Positions 12,014 to 23,327 of a stretch of DNA of 64,000 nt are shown in pieces. This DNA is from Azolla caroliniana. Its lineage: Eukaryota > Plantae > Polypodiophyta. The notes beneath the pieces were generated by a model. That model worked only from the letters and a program-made list of their open reading frames with translations. It did not search any database and was not told where the DNA came from. How positions within the stretch are numbered: the first letter of the stretch is position 1; each line of letters begins with the position of its first letter. Position numbers and translations under genes: made by a program. The DNA lies in contig JBHGNT010000021.1 in NCBI GenBank assembly GCA_043228905.1, forward strand, positions 5,208,001-5,272,000. The letters run 5' to 3'.

Positions 12014-12619
12014 GATTGAGATAAAGATTGAACCCTTGACTTTAGTTTTACGAGACAATATACATCACCATTAGGATAATTCAGATCTTTGATTAAGAGT
12101 TTCTTTTTTACTTACATCACTTGTCTCCCTTACACAAGCCCAAATATAGGCTTTTATAGGTCTCTCCATGCAAAAACCATGGGCTAAAACCATGAGCTAA
12201 AACCATGGGCTAAAATCATGGTTTTGTGCCCACGGTTTCTATATGTTTGCTTCCTACAAAATACTGAATATGAAAAGAAAATATACAAATTTTATAGCAC
12301 TCAATAGTGGCTTTAGTGGTAAGTTAATTTGTTTCTTGTCTTGGAGGTGCAAGGTTCAAGCCTTGTTTTTACCCCTATGTATACACTTAAATGTTACTAG
12401 GCTTTAGTCTTGCTTTTATATTTACAATTGAGCGCACATCACACGTGCACATGTTTAACTTTACATCTAGCTTTCCTTTTACGATTCTCATTTCAGTCCT
12501 ATTTATAACATACTAGTATATGCGTGTGGCCTTCACCCCTTTCACACGTGCACATTCCACCTTCTTGATTTCGTTTGTTGCACACAATTTTCACACCGTT
12601 GCCGAAAATCTTCACGACA
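11702..12619 (-). mobile_element. Solo LTR F (11885-12619; B-related) inserted in the pol of A, with its left junction duplicated
   Basis: TGTCGAGG...TCTTCACGACA. The host frame RNGVPL-VVVRREEQ resumes after it. Flanks are ACGT and GCAT. Confidence 0.88.
12300..12375 (+). other. tRNA-derived Pol III-like module in LTR F
   Basis: A-box-like TGGCTTTAGTGG at 12308-12319 and T-arm CAAGG-TTCAAG-CCTTG at 12350-12365, followed by T5. Confidence 0.6.
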
Positions 12620-13734
12620 GCATAGTAGTGAGGAGGGAAGAGCAGGAGGCGTTGTTGTTGGCGTATCACGAGAGTCCTTGGACCGGACACCGCGAGACGT
12701 GGGTCATGTTTGAGAAGTGGAAGGAGAAATATTGGTGGTCGGGGATGTATCGGGATGTGCACCGGTTCATGAAGACCTGCAAGAGCTGCCAGATGCATTC
12801 CACGATCCGGGATGAGCTGCACCCAACCTACCCGACGACCGTCCATTTCAAATGGATGGTGGACTTAGTGACGATGCTGATGGGGATAGGGTAGATGCGG
12901 TATTTGGTGCTTGCGCGAGAAGACCTGACGAACCAGGTGGAGGGTCGTGTGCTGCAGAACAAGATGATTGTGGCCGTGTGTCGGTTCCTGATCGAGGAGG
13001 TGATCTGCCAATACGGTTGAATAGGGAAGATCGTGGCTGACCGGGGAGAGTTGGATGCGCAAGAGGCCGAAGAGTTATTCGGCCGGTTAGGGGTAAAACT
13101 CTCCCTCACTACGGCATACAATCCGGAGGCGAACGAGAAGAAAGAGCGCGGACACGGGCCAATCGTAAAGGCATTAGTACAGGCGTGCGAAGGGCAAGTC
13201 GGTAATTGGTCGTGGCTCCTACCTTACGCATTGTGGGCAGACCAAACTACGCACAACTCGATGATCGGGTTCATGCCGACAGAGTTGATGTACAGGCAAA
13301 AGCCGATCATGCCGATGGAGCAGACAATTTCTTCGTGGGCGGCAATCGACTGGGTGGACGAAATGAGCCGGGAGGAGCTATTGGCGGCGCGGATTCGCCA
13401 GCTCGAGCAGAGGCCGAAGGACATGGAACGGGCAAAGGCGAAATTGTACGCGGCGCAGAAGAAGAACAAGGACCGGTTCGACTGGACACACCAGCTGAGA
13501 CCGAAGAAGATCGAGGAAGGCGACTGGGTGTTGGTTTACGACAGCGGCCTCGACAACCAACATAAGGCAATGCGGAAATTCGCAAGGAGATGGTTCAAGC
13601 CCTACGTGGTGACGAGAGCAAACGAGAACGCCACGTACCATCTCACGAAGCTCGACGGAAGACGGATGGCGGTACCGGTTGCAGGAAAACGGATCAAGGC
13701 ATTCAAGAAATGGTGCGAGGACGAGCCGGAACTG

Positions 13735-13951
13735 CTCTCTCTCTCTCTCTCTCTCTCTCTAGTGGTAAGTCAATAACACTACAAGCATTGTGTCTTGGGT
13801 TCGAAACCCAATTTCCTCACCTCTCTATTATATACTTCATATATATCTCTTAATTCATAATTCACTAGATGCCACTGTGGAATGTAGGGATTGAACCCAT
13901 GATCACCTGGTCTCCATTGGGTGACCTTACCAACTGAGCTACATCCATCTG

Positions 13952-14022
<71 letters not shown>
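13735..14022. other. (CT)n-bracketed insert with two convergent tRNA-like heads
   Basis: Plus strand: TAGTGGTAAG...TTGGG-TTCGAAA-CCCAA (~13760-13811). Minus strand: TAGCTCAGTTGGTAAGG...GGGTTCAATCCC (~13950-13875). Confidence 0.65.
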
Positions 14023-14024
<2 letters not shown>

Positions 14025-14719
14025 GATGTCGTGGGAAAACCGGCTACAAGAAGAAACAAAGACCAAAGTCGTGTGAACCGCAGCGTGCACGAATGCACGC
14101 TAATTATAAACTATGCCTGTAAATAACCTAGGACTAGGCTAGGTTGTCGTGACGTATTACACTTTAATAGGACGAATAAATCTTGTGAATCTTTGTCCGT
14201 AACGGCAGAGAATAACTACTTGATGTAACAACCCCCTCTCTCTCCTAGGGGGGGTCTATAAAAGGAGGGAGACAGGACTGAGTTGAAGGGCGTGCGGGGG
14301 GATTTAGGAGAACGAAGTGTTACCGGACTGGGGACCGAGCGTTGTTCTCTATTTCATTCCTTGCAGGAGTTCTTTACCGGATGCCTCTGTTCATGCAAGA
14401 AGCTCGTGTGCTCCCGAAAGAGGCTCCACATTGTATCTCGGAGTTGGGGTGTGTGCGTTGTTGGCTGAGTCGTGGCTCGGCCACCGGCGTGCCGGTTGTA
14501 ACCTGTTTTCTTAATTGATTGTGGTCCCCTTTTCTCTTCTAATTGTCTCTCGCGTCGCTCTAGTTTCGTCTGAGCCGGACGAGCTCTGTGTTCGCAGCAC
14601 CCAATGTCTTGCACGACACGTGCTCATTGTTTCTCTCCCTCTTCTTCTCACGCTCTTTGGTTCAGGACCCCAGCGATCCCGCCTTCGTTTCTTACGCATA
14701 CGCGTAGTTGTGCGACAAC

Positions 14720-14784
14720 GCTCTGATACCATGTAAATAATTAGCTAGAGTAATTATATTATGCATAATAGATTAAAGATGTGT

Positions 14785-14815
<31 letters not shown>

Positions 14816-15160
14816 GGAGGGGGGAGAGACACAATACAGATAGAAAAACCCAAATGTATATTAACAAGGAGTAAGAAATACAATACAAACAACCAACGAA
14901 TACAAAGGAAGGAGGGTGCTTTATATAAAGTCACCCTCTCTCTACATTAAAACTCCCACTCTCTCTCTAGTAACTATAAAAGCTCATGTGTCGTGGGGAA
15001 TGTGGAAACTCATTAGTTATGTGTTATAGAATATGATTCTATGACACATAGTTAATGTATAGAAAATAATGGTGACCTTTGACCTTTGAATGCTCATCGA
15101 TTCTCAAAAGGTGTGTAGGTGTGTTCACACACTAGACTAAGTTGAGCTTGATTCTCAACA
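14720..15160 (-). mobile_element. Copia 5' LTR (14732-15160) with tRNA-Met PBS (14720-14731); the Gypsy nest is inserted at the PBS edge
   Basis: GCTCTGATACCA next to TGTAAAT...TCTCAACA. The LTR is similar to 41970-42356. Confidence 0.85.
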
Positions 15161-15670
15161 ATTTGATTAACTCGCTTTGTTTGTCCATGATACTAAGGGT
15201 GGTTAGTGGAACTTGTAACCAAAAGGCATAACCAGAAACTCATAATGGCCATAGCGTCGTACGAAATGTATTTTTTGGAATATCATTTTCGACAATCTGT
15301 ATCTAGTGGTAACTAGTTCTCAAATCAATCTTTGAAAAGTATTTTCTCAGGCTTGTAGATGATCTATCAAATCATTTGCTCGAGGCCAAGGATAACTATT
15401 TCCTATTGTAATGTTATTCAAACAATGATAGTTAATACATTGTCGCCAAGCTCCATCTTTTTTCTTGACTAGGATTGGAACTATAATGTATATACGACCC
15501 ATCCTTGAGTACTCCTTAAATTGTGAAGCAATCTCATCATCTTCAGTTCAACTAAGCTTATATGAATGAATACTAATGAGTGTAGTACCCGGTATGAGAT
15601 CGATATGATGGTCAATGTCATGTTTAGGATGTAACCCTTGTAGTTGTGTCCGAAAATGTAACTGATGGTT
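15161..15670 (-). pseudogene. Old chromovirus-type Gypsy RT fragment fused to an integrase fragment
   Basis: Manual minus-strand translation gives IDHHIDLIPG, LVKKKDGAWRQCINY, YFSKIDLR and YGHYEFLVMPFG, then a HP*YHGQTKRVNQ integrase-like motif. Confidence 0.8.
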
Positions 15671-16645
15671 AGGGTCCAAGGCATTGTGCATGAGGTTTGG
15701 TGAAGGGAAGATAATATTTATTGAACACTTTTTTAGGAAATATAGTTTTTTTGTTTACATAGAGAAATTTGACACCACTTTACTCAAGCTTTGTAGTCAT
15801 TATGGATAGAATTTTGGGGTTTTGGATGTCCATAATGGAAGCAATTTAGATTATTGCACATCTAAAAGGTGAGAAGAATTCTCAGTAGCACAATGTGCAC
15901 ACCTAATTGGCTAAATGACAAATCTTTGGCTATTGATTGGGTATGAAAATTGATCCCATGTGGTACACACTCCTTGTTTGTTTACCCCAAAACTTTTGTT
16001 GTCCACGTATGACACGTTGATGGACAAAAGGAAAGTCGTTCCTCTTACTTTCTAGTGATATGTGATTATCTATGACATCAACACGGAGTTTCATGGCATT
16101 TGAGATTTTTACAAACGTAACTCCATCATGTCTTGGTAAGTTATTTTACAATTTTGGTTGTGTTTATGTGTCTCTGTATGTTGGAACTTGGAGAGGGGAG
16201 GGGGGGGGGGGGTCTATAAAATTGGCTAGTGACCACCTTATAGTATGACAAAGGTTACAAAAACTAAGTTCCTTGTGGAGATGACCGACAACGAAATAAT
16301 CACATACCACGTGTGGGCTTGGACTTACGTGAGCATTAATTAGTTAACGAACCAAAGAAGTGAGCACATGGACTAGTCATTTTGTCGTGTATGGGTTTGA
16401 AGGACAAGAGAGTAGGTTGAGTCCAAATCAAGGGAGGATACTTGGGGCACATCAAGAGCTTCGGAAGCCAAAAGGGGTCTAAGTTCCGGTGGATGGATAC
16501 CACTCAAAGTAAATGCATACACATAACATAACATAACATACATACATGCATACAAATACACAACGAAGTTTGAGTTCCACTGGATGGATACCACTCAAAG
16601 TAAATGCATACACATAACATAACATACATACATACATACAATTTA

Positions 16646-17049
16646 TAGGGATCAGCAACGCTTCGGTTTAGGCTTAGCCAGTTTGGCCTTATCCAAGACA
16701 AACCGGTTAAGCCTAAACCGTTTAGGGGTTTTCAAACATGAACCAAACCAAACCAAACAGATCCCTAAACCATTTTAGGCTAAACTAGTTGTCCTAAACC
16801 GGTTTGTGAACCGGTTTGGGAGAAAACAACAATACTATTACAATGAATATTCAACTTCATACCATAATTTTATTACAATTTATATTCAACTTCATAAATT
16901 TATTACAATTAAATCACTTAAACGGCTTAGACGGTTTGGGAGACTCGAGCCGAGCTCAAACCGTTAAGGCAGGCTCAAGCCTAAGCCGAGCGGCTAAGCC
17001 GCTTTAACCAAACGGTTTAGGCTTTGAGTCGAGCCGATGCCGATCCCTG
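16646..17049. mobile_element. hAT-like non-autonomous element/MITE in the glucanase promoter
   Basis: Imperfect TIRs TAGGGATCAGCAACG / CGATGCCGATCCCTG and many AAACCG/CGGTTT internal motifs. No clean TSD; it is embedded in (ATAC)n. Confidence 0.6.
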
Positions 17050-17202
17050 CATACAAATACATACATACAAATACATGCATGCATGCATACAAATACACAA
17101 CATACATACATACATACATACATACATACAAATTTGTACATACATATGTACATGCATACATACATACATTATACATACATACATACATATACATACATAT
17201 AT

Positions 17203-17239
<37 letters not shown>

Positions 17240-17369
17240 TTGGGGGGTCCCCTGTTTCCTCTGTTCCTCTTTCTCTCTTTTCCCCTGTTCCTCAAAAGCC
17301 CCCACAAATATCCAAATACCGCCCACTTCTCCTCAGCTTTTCATATGCATATATATAACAGTAACACAA

Positions 17370-17410
<41 letters not shown>

Positions 17411-17427
17411 CCCTGAGTTTTTTTGCC

Positions 17428-20018
17428 ATGGCTTGGCCTCTGCACACTCTTCTTCAGCTTGCCATTGCCTATGCTTGTTGCTGTGTAGTCTATTCTTCAT
17501 CAGGTATATGTCACAAATTTCAGCTTTGCCAGAGCAATTCTGTTTCTCTGACATGTGTGGTTTGTAAAATTGTACATAGTGGGTGATTGTAAGATTCTGT
17601 ACGATGTGAACATTCTCTTCCGTGCATTTGTGCTCCGTTGTTGGATTAGATAGTTTTTTTGAGTGTTGAAGTCTAGATATAATGCTCTGTTGTGTTGAAT
17701 TGTATATATAATGCGCTCCATCCATGTCAATTAAACTCTAATATGCTTCATGTTGAACTCCACATAGGAAAAATTAGACAGGTTTTAGATGTGCTTGATG
17801 GTTGAATTATACATATGTCCTTCATGTCAAACCATAATATAGGGTTTATGATGTAATCCGTGTTAAATTAGATAGGATTTAAAGTTTAGTAGTGAGGGTA
17901 GAATTAGACAGGGTTTAAAATAAAGGATTTTTATGATAGAATTAGAGATAATTTAGGGTTTAGGGTTTAAGAGAAGCACTGCAGTGAAATAGATAGGGTC
18001 TAGGCTTTATGATTTTAGGCAAATGCAGTGAGATCTTTGTGTTTAGGGTTAATGGCTTAGTATTTGGTGGTTTTTTTAGAGTATTTGAGGTTGAACATAG
18101 AACCCCACAATAGTGTTGTGCATAAGGTGACCTAACCCTAAAATGCTCGATGCGATGCTTTTCACCAGACCCATCTCCAATCCCTCTAGGAATTAATTAC
18201 GGCACAGTAGCAGACAATCTCCCATCTCCCTCAGAGGCAGTGAAGCTACTGCAATCTACACTTATAAGCAAAGTGAAGTTGTTCAGTGTTGAACCTGAGA
18301 TCTTGCGAGCATTGGCGAACACGGGGTTGGAGGTAATGGTGGGCATTGGGGATGACCAAATCAAGCCCCTGGCATCAGGCTTGCCGGCCGCCCAAAACTT
18401 TGTCCGACAAAATGTGATGCCTTATGTCCCGGCCACGAAGATAACTTATCTGTCGGTCGGGAACGAGGTGCTGTCGTCGTCTGATGGAGAGATGATATAT
18501 GACCTTCAGTTTGCCATGGAGAATCTTCATGAGGCTTGCGAGATGGCCGGCATAAAGGGGGTTAAAGTTACCACACCACATTCCATGGGGCTTCTCCAGA
18601 GCTCGGTTAGCATACTTCACTCCCTCACTTTAATCTCTGAGTTAAGAATCACCAGATAAGTAGAGGAGATTTCACCTACAAATATGTATATGGAGGCTGT
18701 TCTTTACTCCTCTCTTATGTTCTCCATTTTGTTTGGCTCTCCTCCAGGTTCCGCCTTCAAATGCCACATTTGGTGATGGCCCAATCGCCATATTAAGGCC
18801 CATCCTCTCCTTCCTCGCTCGCACCGGCTCCCCATACCTCACAAATGCCTACCCTTTCTTCGGTTTCCTTGCAAAGCCGAACTCGACCAACCTTCAATAT
18901 GCCCTCTTTGAAGCCACCTCCAAACCTCACTATGATCCCATCACGAAGCTCTCTTACACCAACATGTTCGATGCACAAGTCGATGCTATTTACGCAGCCA
19001 TTGCTCGCCTAGGATTCCACAATGTCACAGTTGCGGTGGGTGAAACCGGGTGGCCATCACAAGGGGACCAGTATGAACCCGGGGTTAGCCTCGAGAATGC
19101 CAAGATATTCAATAGCAACATTGTGAAACATGTGGTGTCGGGGAAAGGCACCCCGCTCAAGCCAAACGTGCCAGTGGAGACGTATATCTTCGCGCTCTTC
19201 AACGAGAATCTTAAGCCAGGCGCAGGCTCGGAGAAGCACTATGGCCTCTTCAACCCAGACATGACACCTGTTTATGATTGTGGCATCATGAAGAAACAAG
19301 TTCAGGTACTATATTGGCTTTGTCCAAGGTATGATGCATTGTAATTGTTTGATTTTCAATGTACCCATTATTCAAACCCTAAATCTATGTATGTATGTAT
19401 GAATGTGTGTGGGTGTGTGTGCCTCTCTAAACTTTGCTTTGCAGCTGGATCTCATGATGTTGTGATGAATTCAGGGAAATGTTGGAGCATCCCCTGCTTT
19501 TGGGATGAGAAAGCAAAACAATCAATGGTGTGTTGCAAAGCCAGGAGTGACTGATGCACAATTACAAGCTATATTGAACTGGACATGTCAACAGCCGGGC
19601 ACCGATTGTACGCCCATCCAACGCAATCAGCCGTGTTTCAACCCTAACAGTCTCAGCTCCCATGCCTCCTATGTCATGAATAGCTATTACCAGAGCCAGG
19701 GTAGGCACCCCTGGAACTGTGATTTCACAGGCAGTGGTGTAGTGGTGTACAAAGACCCAAGTAAGTCTGGAAAAGCATACTTAATTTTATATTTATATAT
19801 ATATATAAACATCAGTTTAAAAAGAAAATAAAGTATGACTTGAATGGAAAAAAGAACATTTAGATCAATATTTTTATGTAACCATTTTTGTTTTGTCTTT
19901 ATTTTCCGTTCCATTTTATTCTTTTTCTTCTGATGATGAAGATTCTCTTTCTTATATGTGTGGTATGCTTGCCATGATTTGTGCAGGTTATGCCTCCTGC
20001 AGGTACAAGACATACTGA
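17428..20018 (+). CDS. Glucan endo-1,3-beta-glucosidase (GH17 + X8/CBM43); exons 17428-17503, 18169-18605, 18748-19305, 19475-19760, 19987-20018
   Basis: Signal-peptide exon; GINYG, VGNEV, VGETGWPS and ALFNENLKPG motifs; X8 WCVAK..CDF. GT-AG junctions are phase-compatible. Confidence 0.95.
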
Positions 20019-21452
20019 AAGAAGGAAAAAGGAGCTCGTTCTATTTCTTTATGATCTTTTTTGAGAGCATCAGCAAAACTCCATGTGCTGCTTTATCCTT
20101 TTTCTTTGTAAAAAGCCAGCCATGTTACCTCCCCATTAAATAAAAAATCAACATGTCCTCTGACACGGAAGATATCTGAGATTTGTGTTTTTTAAAGGTC
20201 TAGACCTAGGCCAAAAATAACATTTAGTGTCAAAGTCACCAAGGAAAATTAAGTAATTTGTTGTGGCCATATTGTAGAATGCATAGACGCAGGCATGAGT
20301 TCAATCTTTGCACAATCTCTTATTGATCAGCGGAGCACTTACTAATTTGGAATGGTGTGAAAATCAAACAAACATTAATTATCCTTTCTCAAAAAATTAT
20401 TATGTGCGGCTTCTCTTGACCGCAATGATTGAGTATTTGCACAAATTTTGGTATATGTTCATATTGTTGATACATAGCATATATTCATAAAAAATGTCTT
20501 AAAAGGAACAATATATTGAACGATTTTGTTAGCCCATAAATCTTGGTTTGGTTTTACCAAGTCCTTAATTTGTAAAAATGATTGCAGGATTGAAGTGTAC
20601 GGAACTTCCTGCTATGTTTTTCATGATGTGTCAGATATCTTATTTTTGTTATACATGTTTCCAACAATGATACTACAAAGCTGCTTATATATAATACTCA
20701 AACTTCATGGTCTTCGGCTAAATGTCTTATGCTCAAGCATCGTTAGCCACTACAAGCAAAATGGCATAAAATAAATATGCATTTGGAAAGTTATGTTTGG
20801 TCTAAAATCAATAAAAACATTAGAGCATTGAATCGGATCAATTTTCTTTGGCCTCATCAAATGAATTCTGCTAAAACAATGATATATCAAATCTTGGTTA
20901 GCTCAAAGAGTAGGCTCGGGCTCAGGAAGCAACAAAATCTGACTTCATCATGGAAGAAAGCATGCCACAATAGTTATGCTTTCTTCCATCTATGAACCAT
21001 TACTACACTTGATTTGCATACACACTTCAGGCATTAGGTTTTACGCTTCTCTCAGCCTCCAATGTAAAAAGCTGCCCTTTCTCTTCTTTCTGAATCGTGC
21101 AACAAAGGTTGCAAACCGTAAACATGTCACTTAACCAAGCCAATGGACACTGAAGCATCATTATATCATATGGTGAAGGAGCTGACAGATTTATGTTTTC
21201 AAATCATATTTCTGTTCATAACTTTTCATATATCCACCAAATGACAAATTCACACAGGTATGGAATTATAGTTTCAGACTATGTTGAAACAGCATATGTG
21301 GAATTCATGCGACAACAACCAAGGGAAGAATGCCACAAATAACATCAATGCATGCTTCATACTTTGACCTTTAAAACCTGTGGATCTCTATTTAGGTGAC
21401 ATATTTCAATTACTCACGACCTTTGCTTAGCCTAGATTATCCCAAGAGAAAG

Positions 21453-23327
21453 TCATCGCTGTAAGATCTGTTTTTGTCTTGCCAACCTCAAAAGCCTCGA
21501 GGCATCATCTAATCTATCAGCCTTTTCATAAATCTTCCCCATATGTTCATACAAATCACACTCTGAGATACTTCCGTGTTGTTCTAGCACCTCAAACAAT
21601 GCTTCAGCTGCTCGTATATTCTCAAGATTACCATATACAGACATCATCTGTAAATGAACACTATCATCAAAGATGCATCCCTTTGCTTGTAATTCCCTAT
21701 AGAGTTTTTCGGCCTCTGGGAGCAACCGTAGTTGACCATAAGCAGATAACAACACTACACAAGTCTTCGAATCAGGCATGTATCCTTTTCTTTTCATTAT
21801 TTCATATACTTCCAATGCATGCTTCGCCCTATGATTGCTGAAGTAGACTTCAATCATGCTATTGAAGGCAGTTATATCAAGGGACTCTCCATCTTGCAGA
21901 ACCCGTTTAAAGAGCCGGGATGCTTCCTCTACCTTCCCGGCCCTTGATAATATATTAATAGCTGCACTTCTCGAGATACATTCAGATTGTTTCAACTCTT
22001 CAAGAAGCCGTTGTGCATGAGCGACCAATCCAGACATTTCATAAACAATGATCATTGTTTGATAGAGAATCTCATCCATCTGGAAATGTGCTGATCGGAG
22101 GTTCTGAAATAGCACAACAGCTTTCTCAAACTTTCCAGCCTTTCCATATGATGTGAGCAAAGTAGAGTAAGTTACTGCATTCGGTTCGATACCACTTTCT
22201 TGCATTTTAACGATCAATTTTGCCGCCGCATCAAACTCGAATGCTTGCCCATGAATGGCAACCATGGTGTTATAAGTGATTACATTGGGTTCTATATCCT
22301 TCTGGTTTTTCATATATCGGAAAAGATGCAGTGCTTGCCCTTTAAGGCCAGCCAATCCATACACATTCAGGAGGGTATTATAAGTTACAACACTCCTAAT
22401 AATTCTTATTGAATCCATACTCCAGAAGAGATGTTCGGCCTCATTTACCATCTCTAACTTCCCATACACGTTAATCATCATGTTACAAGTGGTGAGATCA
22501 ATGATACACCCTTCATTTTTCATATGCAAGAAAACCTCTTCAGCTTCTTTGAACTTCCCTGCCTCTGAATATACATTTATGAGCGTACTAAAGCTAACAG
22601 TATCAGGTGCCAATCCATTTTCATGCATTTCCGAGAACAAACCTCGAGCTTCATGAAACAACTTCGCTTTACCAAAGAAGTTGATCATAGAGTTATAAAC
22701 AATAAGATCAGGCCGGATACCCTCAGATTTCATCCGATAGAAAAGTGCCATAGCTTTTGTAAAATTACCTTGCTTACCAGCTAGGTCAATGAGAGTACTA
22801 TATGTGATAAGATCAGGCGAAATCCCAACTTTTTCCATCTTTTCAAGCCAAGAAAGAGCATCATCTAATTTTCCAGCTTTGCCAAAATGGCTAATTAGGG
22901 TTGCAAAAGTATACCTATCAGGAACCACTTTTACCCTAACCATTTCCTCGTATAGACCTTCTGCAAGTACCCATTTCTTCTCTTTCAACACATTCCTTAA
23001 CACAATGTTATAACCATAGATGGAAGGTCTAAATCCTCCTTTCTCTAGCATCCAGTCATGGAGGGCCAAAGCACGTTGCCAATCCGTTTCTTTACTGAGA
23101 ACCGTGTTCATGAGCCGAAAGGAGAGCTTACCTTTCCAAGCATCCATGGCAACGTCGAGCTCTGCAGGGGAGGAGGTCTGTTGAAGGTTCATAAGGATAT
23201 GGTCTATGTTGATAGAATGATCGCGGAGCTTTGATGGAGCTAGGGAGTTCTTTGATGATGTAGGGAGTGCAGGGAGAGAAGAAGCTGACAGAGAATGTGG
23301 TGGTTGGGTGGAGAGGGCCATGGCCAT
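21453..23327 (-). CDS. PDM3: P-type PPR protein, probably chloroplastic, similar to Arabidopsis At5g39980
   Basis: Single 624-aa ORF with a Ser-rich transit-like N-terminus and tandem 35-aa P motifs. DWQRALALHDW..YNIVLRNVL resembles At5g39980 as I recall it. Confidence 0.85.
   Translation of the reverse strand: MAMALSTQPPHSLSASSLPALPTSSKNSLAPSKLRDHSINIDHILMNLQQTSSPAELDVAMDAWKGKLSFRLMNTVLSKETDWQRALALHDWMLEKGGFRPSIYGYNIVLRNVLKEKKWVLAEGLYEEMVRVKVVPDRYTFATLISHFGKAGKLDDALSWLEKMEKVGISPDLITYSTLIDLAGKQGNFTKAMALFYRMKSEGIRPDLIVYNSMINFFGKAKLFHEARGLFSEMHENGLAPDTVSFSTLINVYSEAGKFKEAEEVFLHMKNEGCIIDLTTCNMMINVYGKLEMVNEAEHLFWSMDSIRIIRSVVTYNTLLNVYGLAGLKGQALHLFRYMKNQKDIEPNVITYNTMVAIHGQAFEFDAAAKLIVKMQESGIEPNAVTYSTLLTSYGKAGKFEKAVVLFQNLRSAHFQMDEILYQTMIIVYEMSGLVAHAQRLLEELKQSECISRSAAINILSRAGKVEEASRLFKRVLQDGESLDITAFNSMIEVYFSNHRAKHALEVYEIMKRKGYMPDSKTCVVLLSAYGQLRLLPEAEKLYRELQAKGCIFDDSVHLQMMSVYGNLENIRAAEALFEVLEQHGSISECDLYEHMGKIYEKADRLDDASRLLRLARQKQILQR

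Larger units (their letters stand above)
10690..14717 (+). mobile_element. Degenerate Gypsy element A: gag fused to RNase H by deletion, integrase, 3' LTR 14027-14717
   Basis: ORF 10566-11156 joins gag to LTVDTSPTGIGW. RNase H at 11274-11700, INT at 12624-13730. LTR TGTCGTGG...GCGACA. Confidence 0.88.

Noticed and set aside
7072-13950. Functional tRNA genes at the tRNA-like modules
   Set aside because: No convincing acceptor or anticodon stems; only A/B boxes and T-arms are retained.
16994-17567. ORFs with YIHT/ERER/LSLS repeats
   Set aside because: These are translations of (ATAC)n and (GA)n microsatellites.
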